From a bacterium (lineage in GTDB: Bacteria > Pseudomonadota > Alphaproteobacteria > Caulobacterales > Hyphomonadaceae), in contig WGML01000009.1 of assembly GCA_016125045.1 (NCBI GenBank), forward strand, positions 117,206 to 181,205: 64,000 nt of DNA, written 5' to 3'. Below the pieces are notes generated by a model. That model worked only from the letters and a program-made list of their open reading frames with translations. It had not been told where the DNA came from and did no database searches. Shown piece by piece: positions 27,478 to 37,108 of this stretch (its first letter is position 1; each line of letters opens with the position of its first letter). A program made the translations under genes and the position numbers.

Positions 27478-29976
27478 ATGATCGAGCGTGCATCGCGTTG
27501 GGCTGTGGCCGCGGTGATGGCGGTGTTCGGGGGCTTCATGCTCTTCGACGCGCTGCCGCCCGAAACCATCTTCGGCCCCGCGGCCGAGACCTGGTGGATC
27601 GCAGCGGTCGTCGGCGGCCTTTTCCTCGCGACAGGCGTGTTGCTCGCGCTGAAGTTCGAGCAGATCGTCTCCTGGTTGTTCGCCGGCGTGCTTGCGGGAA
27701 CAGGCGCCTACCTCACCCTTGGCGGGATCCAGCTCATCGGCCTCGGCGGCAGTTTCTACTATGTCGCGGCCGGGCTCGTCCTCATCGCGACCGCCGTGCT
27801 CACCTTCCTGAAGAGCCCATGGGCGGCGCGCCTCTACGCCGTGTTCCTGGTCGCGACGCTCGGCTGGGCGGTCATGGAATCCGGCCTCAACGCCTGGGCG
27901 CTCGCTCCGCGCCTTGCGATGTTCTTCGTGCTCGGCCTCTGGTTCCTCGCCCCATGGACGCAGGCAGCCCTCCGCCGCGACGATGGCGCGAGCGGCGGCG
28001 CGCTCTGGGTCGGGGTCGCCGCCGCCCTTGTGGCGGTTGTCGGCCTCGTCGCGGGCCTCAAGCCCGACCCGGCCGCCACCGCCCTGCCCGATCCGGAACG
28101 GCGCGTTCCGGTCGAGACCCATACCGACTGGCAGCAATATGGCGGCACGACGCTCGGCCAGCGTTTCGCGCAGGTGGATGAAATCACCCCCGCGAACGTC
28201 CACAAGCTGAAGGAAATCTGGCGCGTCCGCTCGAATGTGCCGGGGCCGTTCAAGGTCACCCCAACGCAGGTCGGCGACCTCCTCTACTACTGCACGAAGG
28301 GCAACATCATCACCGCGCTGGACGCCGACACCGGCGAGGAGCGCTGGCGCCACGACCCGCAGGTCGAATTCTCCGGGGTTCCCAATTTCGGGGAGACCTG
28401 CCGCGGGGTCAGCTATTTCAAGGCTCCCGCCGACTATGTGGGCGAGTGCGCGGAGCGGTTGATCGTCGGCACGCTCGACGCCCGCCTCATCGCGGTCGAT
28501 TCCCGGACCGGACGAGCCTGCACGAGTTTCGGGCGCGACGGCTCGGTCAACCTCAAGGCCGGCATGGGCGAATTGCGCAAGGACGAGTATTTCATCACCT
28601 CGCCGCCGATCATCGCGGGCGATGTTGTCGCCACCTCCGGCTGGGTCACCGACAACGTCAAGACCGAACAGGCCTCCGGCGTCGTGCGCGCCTTCGACGC
28701 CATCACCGGCGCCTACGCATGGGGCTGGGACATGGGCCGCCCGAACGACACGGGCCAGCCGATCGAGGGGGAGACCTTCACCCGCGGCACGCCAAACGTC
28801 TGGTCGATCATGAGCTATGACCCGGCGCTCAACCTGATCTACGCCCCGACCGGGAACGGCACGCCGGACTATTTCGGCGCCCACCGCACACCCGAGATGG
28901 AGCAGTATGCAAGCTCGGTCGTCGCGATCGACGCGGACACCGGCGTTCCCCGCTGGTCGTTCCAGACCGTCCACCATGACGTGTGGGACTGGGATGTGCC
29001 CTCGCAGCCCGTGCTGGTGGACATTCCGCGGCCGGACGGATCGATCGTCCCGGCGGTCATCCAGCCGACCAAGCGGGCGGAAGTGTTCGTGCTCGATCGT
29101 CGTGACGGAACGCCCATCTTCCCGATCGAGGAACGCCCGGTGCCTCAGGACCCGGTGGAGGGCGACTGGCTCTCACCCACCCAGCCCTTCACGGCGGATT
29201 TCCTGAACTTCCGCAATCCGATGGGCGAATCCCGCATGTGGGGGGCGACGCCGCTCGACCAGCTCTGGTGCCGCATCGCATTCCGCAAGCTGCGCTGGGA
29301 TGGGCATTTCACGCCGCCGGGGCTGGAACCCGCGCTCTTCTATCCAGGCAATGCGGGCGGGTTCAACTGGGGCTCGGTCTCGGTTGATGCGGAGCGCGGC
29401 CTTCTGATCGCCGCCCCGATGATCATGGCGAACACGTTCGAGCTGATCACGCGCGACGAGATCGCGGCGGGGCGTCGGGCGTCCGGCCAGCTCGGCACGC
29501 CCTACGGGTCCACCACGACGCCGTTCATGAATCCCTTCACCCAGATGCCGTGCGCCGAGCCCCCGTACAGCCGCGTGTCGGTGGTCGATCTCAAGACCGG
29601 CCAGCAGCTCTGGAACAAGCCGCTCGGATCGGCGCGTGATTCCGGCCCGTTCGGCATCCGCTCGCATCTCAACGCGCTCGTGGGAACGCCGCTTCAGGCG
29701 GGCCCGCTCACCACCAAGGGCGGGCTGATCTTCCACGGCGGGACCATGGACCGCACGCTGCGCGCGATCGACGTCGCGACGGGCAAGACCGTCTGGCGGG
29801 CGGACCTGCCCGCGAACGCCCAGGCGACGCCGATGAGCTATCGTGCTCCGAAGTCCGGCCGGCAGATCGTCGTGGTGACGGTGTCCATTCCGCCCTCCGT
29901 GTACCCGCGCCGCCCGCCGACCGTCGAGCCGGACCCGGAAGGCGGGTATCTGATCGCCTACGCGCTCGAGGAGTAA
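27478..29976 (+). CDS. Membrane-bound PQQ-dependent dehydrogenase (glucose/quinate/shikimate family)
   Basis: GGS.YY membrane anchor, W..YG, CRGVSY, TPNVW, FQTVHHD.WD.D.P.QP and G.NWG motifs. Confidence 0.93.
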   Translation: MIERASRWAVAAVMAVFGGFMLFDALPPETIFGPAAETWWIAAVVGGLFLATGVLLALKFEQIVSWLFAGVLAGTGAYLTLGGIQLIGLGGSFYYVAAGLVLIATAVLTFLKSPWAARLYAVFLVATLGWAVMESGLNAWALAPRLAMFFVLGLWFLAPWTQAALRRDDGASGGALWVGVAAALVAVVGLVAGLKPDPAATALPDPERRVPVETHTDWQQYGGTTLGQRFAQVDEITPANVHKLKEIWRVRSNVPGPFKVTPTQVGDLLYYCTKGNIITALDADTGEERWRHDPQVEFSGVPNFGETCRGVSYFKAPADYVGECAERLIVGTLDARLIAVDSRTGRACTSFGRDGSVNLKAGMGELRKDEYFITSPPIIAGDVVATSGWVTDNVKTEQASGVVRAFDAITGAYAWGWDMGRPNDTGQPIEGETFTRGTPNVWSIMSYDPALNLIYAPTGNGTPDYFGAHRTPEMEQYASSVVAIDADTGVPRWSFQTVHHDVWDWDVPSQPVLVDIPRPDGSIVPAVIQPTKRAEVFVLDRRDGTPIFPIEERPVPQDPVEGDWLSPTQPFTADFLNFRNPMGESRMWGATPLDQLWCRIAFRKLRWDGHFTPPGLEPALFYPGNAGGFNWGSVSVDAERGLLIAAPMIMANTFELITRDEIAAGRRASGQLGTPYGSTTTPFMNPFTQMPCAEPPYSRVSVVDLKTGQQLWNKPLGSARDSGPFGIRSHLNALVGTPLQAGPLTTKGGLIFHGGTMDRTLRAIDVATGKTVWRADLPANAQATPMSYRAPKSGRQIVVVTVSIPPSVYPRRPPTVEPDPEGGYLIAYALEE

Positions 29977-29985
29977 CCCGCGCCA

Positions 29986-30335
29986 CGCTCTTGTCCTCCA
30001 CCCATCGTCAGATGGGGGGAGGACAAGAGCGCATGCGAGGTCGGAGGGGGGGCCGCCCCACCCCGCCGCCACATGTCATCCCGGAAGCGGCGTGAGCCGC
30101 TATCCGGGACCCAGCCTCAAGAACCGCAAAGCGCCTTCATCCCCCCCTCCGGTCCTGCGGACCACCTCCCCCCGTTCCACGGGTGGAGGACAAGACCCCG
30201 CCGCCTCCGTCCCCCCCCTTCACGGGGGGTGAGACGCGGCGCCGAAGGCGCAAAACGCGAAGAGCGTTTCGAGCGGCGAACGCCCGCAGCGACAGCGGAG
30301 GGCCGGGTGCCGAGCGAAAGCGAGGCCGGAGGGGG
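29986..30335. repeat. REP-like palindromic repeat cluster 1
   Basis: 20/21-bp hairpin at 29986-30031; GTCATCCCGG...CCGGGACCCA unit from 30074; CCCTCCGGTCC...GGAGGACAAGA unit at 30145-30209 with 64/65 identity to 34716-34780. Confidence 0.9.
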
Positions 30336-30357
30336 CGCCCCCAAAACCCGCCCGCGT

Positions 30358-31545
30358 CTACTCCGCGCCGATCTTCAAAAGCGGCGTATTGGCCGCCCGC
30401 AGCGCCGGGAAGAAGCCGCCGATCAGTCCGAGCACCAGCGCGAGGACCACACCGGAAACCACCTGCGCCGGACCGATCGCAAAGTCGAACACGACCTGCG
30501 TGAAGCCGCCGCCAAGGGTGGAAGCAGTAATGCCGTTGAAGATGAGATAGGCCGCGATCACACCGAGCAGTCCGCCCGCAAGCGACAGCAGCAGCGACTC
30601 CGTCAGCGCGCCGACAAAGGCCGGGAAGCCGCCGAAACCGATCGCCCGCAGCGTGGCCAGCTCCTTGGTGCGCGCCTCCACCGCCGCATACATCGTATTG
30701 AGCGCGCCCGCGAGCGCGCCGAGCCCGAGCGTGATCGCTAGCGCCCAGCCGAAATACACGATGGCTTCCAGCGATCGCGCCTCGGACGCGAAATGCTCCT
30801 TCTCGGTCTTCACCTCGATGCGCAGCCGCGGATCGGCCGCCACGAAGGCCTTGATCGCCTCCATCTGGCCGGGGTCCGTCAGGCGTGCGCGAACCGCGGC
30901 GACGGTCGGTCCGCGATTGAACAGCGTCTGCACGACGGGCAGATCCGCCCAGAGCTCGCTGTCGAACACCGTGCCCGGCACCTCGAACACGCCGACGACC
31001 TTCCACTTGTCGGTGCCGAACTGCATCTCGGCGCCAAGGTCAAAGCCCTGGAACTCCCGCACCACGCCCGCGCCGACGATCATCTCGTTGGTGCCGGGGT
31101 CGTACATCCGCCCCTCCGTGATCCGGAAGCCGGTGCGCATCCCCGGCGCGTTGGCCGTGACGCCGCGCAGCGACACGTTGGCCTCGCCCCCTCCCGCCCG
31201 GCGCACCGCGCCCACCGCGACATAACTCTCCGGCGACACGATCGGCCGGCCGGAGGCGTCGCGCGCGATGCCGGGGGCTTCCTCGAGGATCCGGACCGCT
31301 TCGCCCGGCATGGTGGAGTTGAGCTCCGAGCCCGAGGTTCCCGTGCCCAGGAACATGGCCACATCCTCCGACCCGGTGCCGGCGACCGTCTTGGCGAATC
31401 CGTTGCCCATCGCGAGGAAGGCGAGCAGCGTTGCAACCACCAGCGCGACCGAAACGATGGTCGTGAGCGAGGCCCAGAAGCGGCTCGGCAGCCCCGACAC
31501 CGTCATCGCGACGACCGCGCCAATCTGCTGAAACAGTGCCGACAT
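30358..31545 (-). CDS. ABC transporter permease (MacB/FtsX family)
   Basis: TM1, large periplasmic domain and 3 further TM helices; RTKELATLRAIGF. Confidence 0.93.
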   Translation of the reverse strand: MSALFQQIGAVVAMTVSGLPSRFWASLTTIVSVALVVATLLAFLAMGNGFAKTVAGTGSEDVAMFLGTGTSGSELNSTMPGEAVRILEEAPGIARDASGRPIVSPESYVAVGAVRRAGGGEANVSLRGVTANAPGMRTGFRITEGRMYDPGTNEMIVGAGVVREFQGFDLGAEMQFGTDKWKVVGVFEVPGTVFDSELWADLPVVQTLFNRGPTVAAVRARLTDPGQMEAIKAFVAADPRLRIEVKTEKEHFASEARSLEAIVYFGWALAITLGLGALAGALNTMYAAVEARTKELATLRAIGFGGFPAFVGALTESLLLSLAGGLLGVIAAYLIFNGITASTLGGGFTQVVFDFAIGPAQVVSGVVLALVLGLIGGFFPALRAANTPLLKIGAE

Positions 31546-31549
31546 CGCG

Positions 31550-32713
31550 TCAGATCCTTCTGAAGGCGGTGATCACGTTCACCCGCATCGCATTCCAGGC
31601 CGGGATCGCGCCGGTGATCAGCCCGAGCGCCACCATGAGGCCAACCGCCGTCGCAACGATCTCCGGCGTGATCTTCAGCGAGCCGAAGAACACAAGGAAC
31701 TGGCTGCCCACGGTCTGGCCGAGTGTGACGATCCCGAACGCCGCGGCGAGCCCGATCAGCCCGCCGATAAGGGCGAGCATCACCGTTTCTCCGATCACGA
31801 TCCGCGCAATGCGGGGCGAGGTGAAGCCGAGCGTCTTCATCACCGCGATTTCGCCCGTGCGCTCCCGGATCGCGCCCGCCATCGCATTGCCGACGATCAG
31901 GAGGATGGTGACGAACGCCGCGCCCGTCACGCCGAGGATGATCAGGCCGAGATTGCCCTGCTGGTCGATGAAGGCCGCGTTGAACGCCTCCTCGGTCACC
32001 GTCTCGGTCTCGGCGCGCGAGTTCTGGAACAGCGCATCCACCTCGCGGATCACCTGATCGTTGAGGTCCGCGCTCGCGGTCTTGATATGGATGTTTCCGA
32101 TCGTGTCCTGCGCGAAGGCGCGCGCCTCGTCGAAATACTCATATGGGATGTACACCGAATTGGTCGGCGTATCGCCATCGCCCTCGAAGATCGCGCGCAC
32201 CACCACCGGCCAGGTGTTGCCGCCGTCCTGCCGCCGCCAGATGTTCGACGAGACCGGAATTTGCTGGCCCAGCGTCCAGCCATACTGGTCGGCGATCTGC
32301 CGGCCCACCAGGATGCTGTCGCGCCCGTCGACGAAGGCCTGCCGCTGCGCGGGATCGATGTTCAGCTCGCTGAAGATGCGGGTGTAGCTGTCGGGCTCGA
32401 CCGCGAAGGCGAGCAGGAAATTGCGCTCTTCCTGGAAGTATCCGCCGAACCACATCGAATAGCTGACGTCCGTCACGCCCTCGACCTGCGCCACGCGGTT
32501 CACATAGGCGATGGGAAGGCTTTCGGTGAAGTTGATCCGGTTAGAGGATACGAGCCGGTTCTGCGAGGACGGGCCGGTCGCATTTTCGAGCGACGACTGG
32601 AAGGCCGCGAGCACCGCATAGATCAGGAACGCGATGAACACCGCAAACAGCAGCAGGATCGTGCGCAGCTTCTTGCGGGCGAGGCCCGCCAGCATCAGTC
32701 CGAAGTCGGTCAT
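31550..32713 (-). CDS. ABC transporter permease (MacB/FtsX family)
   Basis: RKKLRT.L, WFGG, RERTGEIAVMKTLGF motifs. Confidence 0.93.
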   Translation of the reverse strand: MTDFGLMLAGLARKKLRTILLLFAVFIAFLIYAVLAAFQSSLENATGPSSQNRLVSSNRINFTESLPIAYVNRVAQVEGVTDVSYSMWFGGYFQEERNFLLAFAVEPDSYTRIFSELNIDPAQRQAFVDGRDSILVGRQIADQYGWTLGQQIPVSSNIWRRQDGGNTWPVVVRAIFEGDGDTPTNSVYIPYEYFDEARAFAQDTIGNIHIKTASADLNDQVIREVDALFQNSRAETETVTEEAFNAAFIDQQGNLGLIILGVTGAAFVTILLIVGNAMAGAIRERTGEIAVMKTLGFTSPRIARIVIGETVMLALIGGLIGLAAAFGIVTLGQTVGSQFLVFFGSLKITPEIVATAVGLMVALGLITGAIPAWNAMRVNVITAFRRI

Positions 32714-33399
32714 GTCAGCCGCTCCTCGAACTCACCCTTGTCGAGATGCAGTTCGCGCTTGGCGTATTTCGCCGCCGCGGGGTCGTGCGTCACCATCACG
32801 ATCGTCTTGCCGAGATCGCGGTTGAGCAATTGCAGCATTTCAAGGATCTCGGTCGCGGTCGTGCGGTCGAGGTCCCCCGTCGGTTCGTCGGCGAGCAGGA
32901 GTTTCGGGTCGGCGACAATCGCCCGCGCGATCGCCACGCGCTGTTGCTGACCGCCGGAAAGCTCCTTCGGACGGTGGCCCGAACGGTCGCCGAGACCGAC
33001 GATCTCAAGCGCGGTCTTCACCCGCTCCTTGCGGTCGCGCGGCGACAGTTTTGTCAGCAGCAGCGGCAGCTCGACATTGCGGGTCGCCGTCATGGTCGGC
33101 ATCAGATTGTAGAACTGGAAGATGAAGCCGACATTCGCCGCGCGCCATGCCGACAACTGGCTTTCGCTCAGCTTCTCGATGGGTGACCCGGCGAAATTGA
33201 TCGATCCGCCCGTGGGCCGGTCGAGGCCGCCAAGCATGTTGAGAAGCGTCGTCTTGCCGGAGCCCGACGGCCCCATCACCGCAACGAAATCGCCGGCCGG
33301 AATCGTCAGGTTGAGATCGTCGAAGATCGACAGCGTCTCGTCCCCGCGCTTGTAGCGTTTCTGCACGCCCCTCAGTTCGATCAGCGCTTCGCCGGTCAT
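32710..33399 (-). CDS. ABC transporter ATP-binding protein (MacB/LolD type)
   Basis: GPSGSGKT, LSGGQQQR, LLADEPTG and VTHD motifs; ATGA overlap with the permease. Confidence 0.96.
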   Translation of the reverse strand: MTGEALIELRGVQKRYKRGDETLSIFDDLNLTIPAGDFVAVMGPSGSGKTTLLNMLGGLDRPTGGSINFAGSPIEKLSESQLSAWRAANVGFIFQFYNLMPTMTATRNVELPLLLTKLSPRDRKERVKTALEIVGLGDRSGHRPKELSGGQQQRVAIARAIVADPKLLLADEPTGDLDRTTATEILEMLQLLNRDLGKTIVMVTHDPAAAKYAKRELHLDKGEFEERLT

Positions 33400-33508
33400 G
33401 ATGCCTCGCCCTTGCCTGCCCTGAAGACCCCGCAAGGGTCTAACCGAAGCCCGCCCGTCTGCACAATGGCGGGCGGAAAGCTCTCTACGCAGCTACGGGA
33501 GGTCCGGC

Positions 33509-34639
33509 TCAGCGGCCGAGCGCTGCCACCAGCCGCGCGCGCTGCCCGGCGGTCGCGAGCGCGCCGATCTTCACCTTCGCGTCCCACACGCTTGCAAGCC
33601 CCCAGAGCTGCGCCAGCCGCTCGGCGTCCTCATAGGCGTAGCCCGCGTCGACGAAATCGCACTGCGTCCCGGATTGCCGTGCGAAGCGAAGGATTCCGGG
33701 GATGTTCGCGGCGAGGCCGCTCATGATCTTGCGCCCGACGAGCGCCTTCGTCTCGCCGATGTCCATGTTCCAGTAGGCGCCGATCAGTTTCGCGTCGCAA
33801 TAGGCGTAGCCGGACGCAAAGAACGTCCCATACTCGTCTCCCGGCACGATCACGGGTTGCTGGGCCGGCGCCGCCGGAAGGTCTGGCGCGGCGTCCGCGT
33901 CCGCGATCTCCACTGCCTCCCCCGTCGCTTCGCCCGTCGCCTCGACCGCACCGGCGTCGGCGGCGTCCCCGGCGTCGGCGACCTCGACCGGTGCGCCGTC
34001 GGCGCCGGGATCAAGGCCCGCATCGTCGCCGCCGCCCCCGAACATGCCGGACTGCCAGGCGAAATATCCCCCGCCGCCAAGCAGCGCGATCGCCGCGACG
34101 GCGCCGACGAGCGGGATCACCGGGGACGACTTCGCGGGTTCGGGCCTGCGCTGATAGGTCGACCTCGGCGCGGAGGTGGACGCCGCCGCCGGCCCGGTTC
34201 CGATCATGGCGCTGAGCGCCGGGAGGGGCTTTGGCGGCCCGCCGGGCGCGCGTCCCACGAAATGCTGCACCGCCCCCAGGACATTCACCCATTCGGCGTC
34301 ATGGGTGTCGCCCGTCCAGCCGATCAGGCGCGCCGCCTCAAGCTGACGGAAGCCGTAGGGGATCGGCACATCGTCGATCAGCACCGGCAGCAGCACGTTG
34401 CGCTGCTTGCCTTCATCGGCCTCATCGAGAACCCATTGCGCCTGCGACGACTTCTCCGACCAGAGCACCATCACGCATTTGGCGGTGGCGAGCGTTTCGC
34501 CGATCACTTCGCGATAGCTGCGGCCGGGGGGAATCCGGTGGTCCCACCACACCTCATAGCCTGCATCCGCGAGCGCCCGCGCGATGGGTTCGACCCGGTG
34601 AACGTCCTCTTTCTTGTAGCTGATGAAGATATCGGTCAT
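33509..34639 (-). CDS. TIR-domain membrane protein (TIR, TM helix, acidic linker, tandem-repeat domain)
   Basis: DIFISY, GYEVWWD, VLWS..S...WV.DEA and LLPV TIR motifs; TM segment VIPLVGAVAAIALLGGGGYFAW. Confidence 0.9.
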   Translation of the reverse strand: MTDIFISYKKEDVHRVEPIARALADAGYEVWWDHRIPPGRSYREVIGETLATAKCVMVLWSEKSSQAQWVLDEADEGKQRNVLLPVLIDDVPIPYGFRQLEAARLIGWTGDTHDAEWVNVLGAVQHFVGRAPGGPPKPLPALSAMIGTGPAAASTSAPRSTYQRRPEPAKSSPVIPLVGAVAAIALLGGGGYFAWQSGMFGGGGDDAGLDPGADGAPVEVADAGDAADAGAVEATGEATGEAVEIADADAAPDLPAAPAQQPVIVPGDEYGTFFASGYAYCDAKLIGAYWNMDIGETKALVGRKIMSGLAANIPGILRFARQSGTQCDFVDAGYAYEDAERLAQLWGLASVWDAKVKIGALATAGQRARLVAALGR

Positions 34640-34715
34640 GCGCCGCCCCTTGCCTCCGCCGCCCGGAGAGCCAAGACCCTATCCGCCATGACCGACCTTC
34701 ACAACCTGGGCGCCG

Positions 34716-34900
34716 CCCTCCGGTCCTTCGGACCACCTCCCCCCGTTCCACGGGTGGAGGACAAGACCCCGCCGCCTCCGATCTACACCTGTATCCCCTG
34801 GGTCCCGGGTCTCGCTGACGCTCGCCCGGGATGACACCCTTCCATGCGCGACCAGATTGTCATCCCGGAATTTGCGTCAGCAAATGTCCGGGACCCAGCC
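34716..34900. repeat. REP-like palindromic repeat cluster 2
   Basis: 34716-34780 matches 30145-30209; 34795-34870 matches 38019-38094 at 73/76. Confidence 0.9.
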
Positions 34901-35884
34901 TCACCCGCCGCAGCACTCAACCAGCATCGCCTCGAACACGTCCGCCGCCTCGACGATCTCACCCGCCGTCATCCCGGCCGGCAGGATGCGCACCTCGAAC
35001 GTGTCCTTCGCCGGATCGCCAATCGCCAGGTTCGCGAGGTTGAAGTCGCAATACTTGCCCACCCCCGCCTGCCTCAGCGCCCGCGCCGCCTCCGGCCACG
35101 CCAGCCGGCGAAACCCCTCGTCGCGGGCGAGCGCCGTGACGGGGTCGGGCCACGGCCCGAGGCGGACGCAATGCGGATTCGTCGCGAAGCGGCGTTTCAG
35201 CGCCTCCGCCCGCTCGCCGAACAGATCGATCATCCGCGCGACGACCGGCGCCGACTTCAGCCGGGCGGCGTCGAAATGCACATGCACCGCCCCTTCGACC
35301 GGGGCGAAACACTCCTCCGCCGCGGCATCTGCCAGCAGGGCCGCGAGCACCCTCTCATGATCCCGCTCGATCGGCGCGGTCACGATCTCGCACGGCCGCT
35401 CGCGTTCGCCCGGCAACGGGGCGGCGATGGCGATGCTCGCCCCCCGGTCGTCGGAGACTTTGCGCAGGCCGCTCTCATGCACCTGCACCGCCGTGCCGAA
35501 CGCGCGCGCCAGCGGCTCCAGCACCGTCTCCAGCGGATCGTCCGCGCTGCACAGCCGCGCCGCGAGGCGCATCAGCCGGCCGTCATCCCCGACGATGCGA
35601 TACCAGCCGTGCACCGGCGATGCGGCCTTGTCGAAATCCCGCTGCAGGGTGAGGTCATCGACGAACGCCGCCACCGGGCGCCCCGCAGCGTCGCTCACCT
35701 CAAAGCCGAGGGTGAGGTTCTCGAACACGGGCCGGCCGGCGACCTCGCTCGGTTCCGACTGCTGATGGAACACCCGCCGCACCGCGCCTCCCGTTCGGGC
35801 GGCGGTCCGGGCCGCAAGATCCGCCCGCGTCCGGCCGGGCCGGCAGGCCAGCTCGATTTCAACCCCGATCGTCCAGTCCGGCAT
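34901..35884 (-). CDS. Amidoligase-family protein (COOH-NH2 ligase superfamily)
   Basis: IGVEIE, EIVTAP, HVHFD, KY..FNL and TFEVR motifs. Confidence 0.85.
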   Translation of the reverse strand: MPDWTIGVEIELACRPGRTRADLAARTAARTGGAVRRVFHQQSEPSEVAGRPVFENLTLGFEVSDAAGRPVAAFVDDLTLQRDFDKAASPVHGWYRIVGDDGRLMRLAARLCSADDPLETVLEPLARAFGTAVQVHESGLRKVSDDRGASIAIAAPLPGERERPCEIVTAPIERDHERVLAALLADAAAEECFAPVEGAVHVHFDAARLKSAPVVARMIDLFGERAEALKRRFATNPHCVRLGPWPDPVTALARDEGFRRLAWPEAARALRQAGVGKYCDFNLANLAIGDPAKDTFEVRILPAGMTAGEIVEAADVFEAMLVECCGG

Positions 35885-35924
35885 CGCCGCTGCTCCCGCC
35901 AGACCGCCCGCGCGCCTTGAGCGC

Positions 35925-36944
35925 CTAGCCCTCGGTGCGGTCGAACGTGACCTTCGCGGCCATCTGCGGCAGCACGCGCGGATCGCGTTCCTTGAACCCC
36001 ACGCGGACCTGGATGGTCGCCCGGTCGCGGTTCGCGGTCGGAATGATCGCAATCACCTCGGCGGGGATGTTCCAGTCCGGATAGGCGTCGAGCACGATGG
36101 TTGCGTTCTGTCCCGGGCGCACGTCCGAAATCTGGCCCTCATTCACGTCCACCTCGACCTCGAGGCTCGCCATGTCGACCAGCGTCGCAACGCCCGTCCG
36201 GGTAAACTCGCCGCCGCCGCCGGCCGGCGAGAGGATTTCCCCCGCCTGCGCGTTCTTGGCGATGATGACCCCGGCGAACGGCGCCCGAACCTTGTGGCGG
36301 TCGACGAAGTCGGCCTGCCGCTCAACCGCGAATTCCGCCACCCGCACATCGGCCCTGGCCGCGTCGTAGCGCGCCTTCAGCGACTCGATGGTCGCCACCG
36401 CCTGGTCCAGCGCCGCACGCGACACCGCCTCGCTCGCCATCAGCCGCTCGGCGCGCTGGCGCTGGTTTTCCGCTTCCACCATCTGCGCTTCCAGAGCCTG
36501 CACATTCGCCTTCGCCGACTGAACCTGCGCCTGCCGGAGCTGCAGGTCATAGCGCGCCGGCTCGTCATCCAGCTGGGCGAGGAGCTGGCCCTTCTCGACG
36601 ATGGCGCCCTCCTCGAACATCACGTCCGTCAGCCTGCCGGTGATGTCGACCGACACCGTCGCCGCCCGGCGCGCCACCACATAGCCCGACGCGACAAGCC
36701 CGCCGCGCGGCCGTGGCGCGGCGGCGACCCCCGCGACCGTCGATCCCGCGGCGCCCGCCGCAGGGTCCGCGGCGGCGACCGCCGGAGCCGGGGCGGGCGC
36801 CGGACGCATGAACATCATCCACCCCGCCATCGCGAGCATGGCGACCACCGCAACGCCGGCGATCAGCGGCCAGGGGCCTGCTCCGCCGCCGGACGGCGCC
36901 GACCGATCGATCGACAACGACCGCAGCTTTTCGGCAGTATTCAT
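35925..36944 (-). CDS. Efflux periplasmic adaptor (membrane fusion protein, MacA-like)
   Basis: N-terminal TM, ASGYVVARR, lipoyl halves flanking a coiled coil, RAPFAG, EVDVNE. Confidence 0.93.
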   Translation of the reverse strand: MNTAEKLRSLSIDRSAPSGGGAGPWPLIAGVAVVAMLAMAGWMMFMRPAPAPAPAVAAADPAAGAAGSTVAGVAAAPRPRGGLVASGYVVARRAATVSVDITGRLTDVMFEEGAIVEKGQLLAQLDDEPARYDLQLRQAQVQSAKANVQALEAQMVEAENQRQRAERLMASEAVSRAALDQAVATIESLKARYDAARADVRVAEFAVERQADFVDRHKVRAPFAGVIIAKNAQAGEILSPAGGGGEFTRTGVATLVDMASLEVEVDVNEGQISDVRPGQNATIVLDAYPDWNIPAEVIAIIPTANRDRATIQVRVGFKERDPRVLPQMAAKVTFDRTEG

Positions 36945-36971
36945 TCCTCAACTCTCACGATCAGTTGTCCC

Positions 36972-37013
36972 CGGCCAGAAATCCGCGGCCAGATGTCCGC
37001 GACCAGACGCCCC
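36972..37013. repeat. Three degenerate tandem 14-bp repeats upstream of the adaptor gene
   Basis: cggccagaaatccg / cggccagatgtccg / cgaccagacgcccc. Confidence 0.55.
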
Positions 37014-37108
37014 GCCGGCGGAGCCGCGCTCTCGCGGCACCCTCTTACAATCGCCCCGCCCCGGCAAGCTTGATCGCGGTTGCGGCGAAGCGCCCCGGCC
37101 ACGCTCGT

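Noticed and set aside
30073..30741. ORF MSSRKRREPLSGTQPQEPQ... and the same peptide within 37325-38245
   Set aside because: Chance translations of the repeat DNA running antisense into real genes
33509..34639. Calling the TIR gene part of Thoeris, CBASS or Pycsar
   Set aside because: No ThsA, cyclase, STING or cNMP-binding partner in the window
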